Shown: piece by piece, positions 63,201 to 64,000 of the stretch
How positions within the stretch are numbered: the first letter of the stretch is position 1
Layout: each line of letters opens with the position of its first letter
DNA from: Saccostrea echinata
Taxonomy: Eukaryota
DNA: 64,000 nt
Assembly (NCBI RefSeq): GCF_033153115.1
Contig: NW_026889751.1
Coordinates: forward strand, 29,016,001-29,080,000
Direction: 5' to 3'
Notes under the pieces: model-generated
The model's input: the letters and a program-made list of their open reading frames with translations, nothing else
What the model was told of the DNA's origin: nothing
Databases searched by the model: none
Made by a program: the position numbers and the translations under genes

Positions 63201-63674
63201 CCTGTGAATTTTGACCCCCCTCCCCCCAAATCAATTTATCAGTAAAATGTGCATATTCACTGCTTTTATCCTTGACGGAAATGAAATAAGAGCATCTGAA
63301 GTACAATATCCATAACATAGTATAACAGGTTTCACATTAAACGTCAATTAATGAAATTGTTAATTTTCAAGGTATTACAAAAGGGGGTGGGGTGGAGACG
63401 TACATCTACTTCATGCGAGATTTTGAACAAAATATTTCTTTCTGCTATAAGCCTGTAGGCTGTCAGTAGAAAATACAAACTATTTTCTGTCGGTAGTACA
63501 TGTAGTATATATTCAATTCCCCGCGCTTGCGCGGGATTTCATCTAGTCCTAAATATAAAAGTAATAATTAGTTAAAAAAAAAAAAGTTGAAGTGTTGAAA
63601 TGTAACAGAGTTTGAAGTTGTTCTGTGTTGTGTACAGTGATACCATGCACCTACAAGCACTAGCTAGAGTATAA

Positions 63675-63756
63675 ACCCTTTAAATCAGTCAGTAGAGCAT
63701 CAGATTTTAAATATCTGAGGGTCAAAGGATAAAAATTCAAGTCATACAGTGGATGT
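63675..63756 (+). pseudogene. Degenerate tRNA-Lys(UUU)-like sequence
   Basis: TCAGTCAGTAGAGCATCAGATTTTAAATATCTGAGGGTC..TTCAAGTC resembles metazoan tRNA-Lys-TTT (TAGCTCAGTCGGTAGAGCATCAGACTTTTAATCTGAGGGTCCAGGGTTCAAGTC); acceptor stem and T-arm broken. Confidence 0.65.
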
Positions 63757-63954
63757 TCCCTAGCTAATTGGTCATACTGAAACCCAACTACAAAAACCAC
63801 ATTTGGGGTTTGTTGTTTATAAAGTCTCATATGTGAGATTTCTTAGGGGTAAAAAAAATCGGAAGATAGTTTGAAAGTGTCTAACAGAGTTTGATGTGGT
63901 TATGTGTTGTGTATGAGGCCAACTGTTCCTACTAGCACTGGTTAACATGTGTTA

Positions 63955-64000
63955 ACCCCTTTAGCTCAGTCGGCAGAGTGTTTGATTTTAAATCTGACAG
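63955..64000 (+). pseudogene. Second degenerate tRNA-Lys-like sequence, cut by the window edge
   Basis: TAGCTCAGTCGGCAGAGTGTTTGATTTTAAATCTGA in the second copy of a 279-bp repeat. Confidence 0.55.

Overview
AT-rich eukaryotic DNA, most likely from an oyster-like bivalve (inferred from 166-bp satellite-bearing Helentron/HINE elements and RING-less B-box/NHL TRIM genes), with two assembly gaps. (1) 1927-9261 (+): a six-exon, in-phase, stop-free gene whose 5' end lies upstream of the window. It fuses a Kolobok/'Mutator-like' DDE transposase to an intact DEDDh 3'-5' exonuclease with a PML/Plex9-like C-terminal tail; a candidate element end plus TTAA lies at 11477-11481. This is the main candidate novelty. 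(2) Two tandem RING-less TRIM-NHL-like genes (20352-22049, 33226-34920) in a segmental duplication whose copies differ by datable TE insertions. (3) A minus-strand single-pass membrane protein gene (exons 53830 to 40618) with two alternative, same-phase, tyrosine-motif-rich cytoplasmic terminal exons. (4) A decayed PIF/Harbinger transposon (56970-60387) with TIRs and a CAG TSD, sitting upstream of, or in an intron of, that gene. (5) About a dozen Penelope-like retroelement fragments with a conserved structured 3' motif, plus tRNA-derived SINEs, MITEs, HINEs, palindromes, microsatellites and a tRNA-Lys-derived tandem repeat. All alignments were done by eye and repeat boundaries are approximate unless TIRs or TSDs are quoted.
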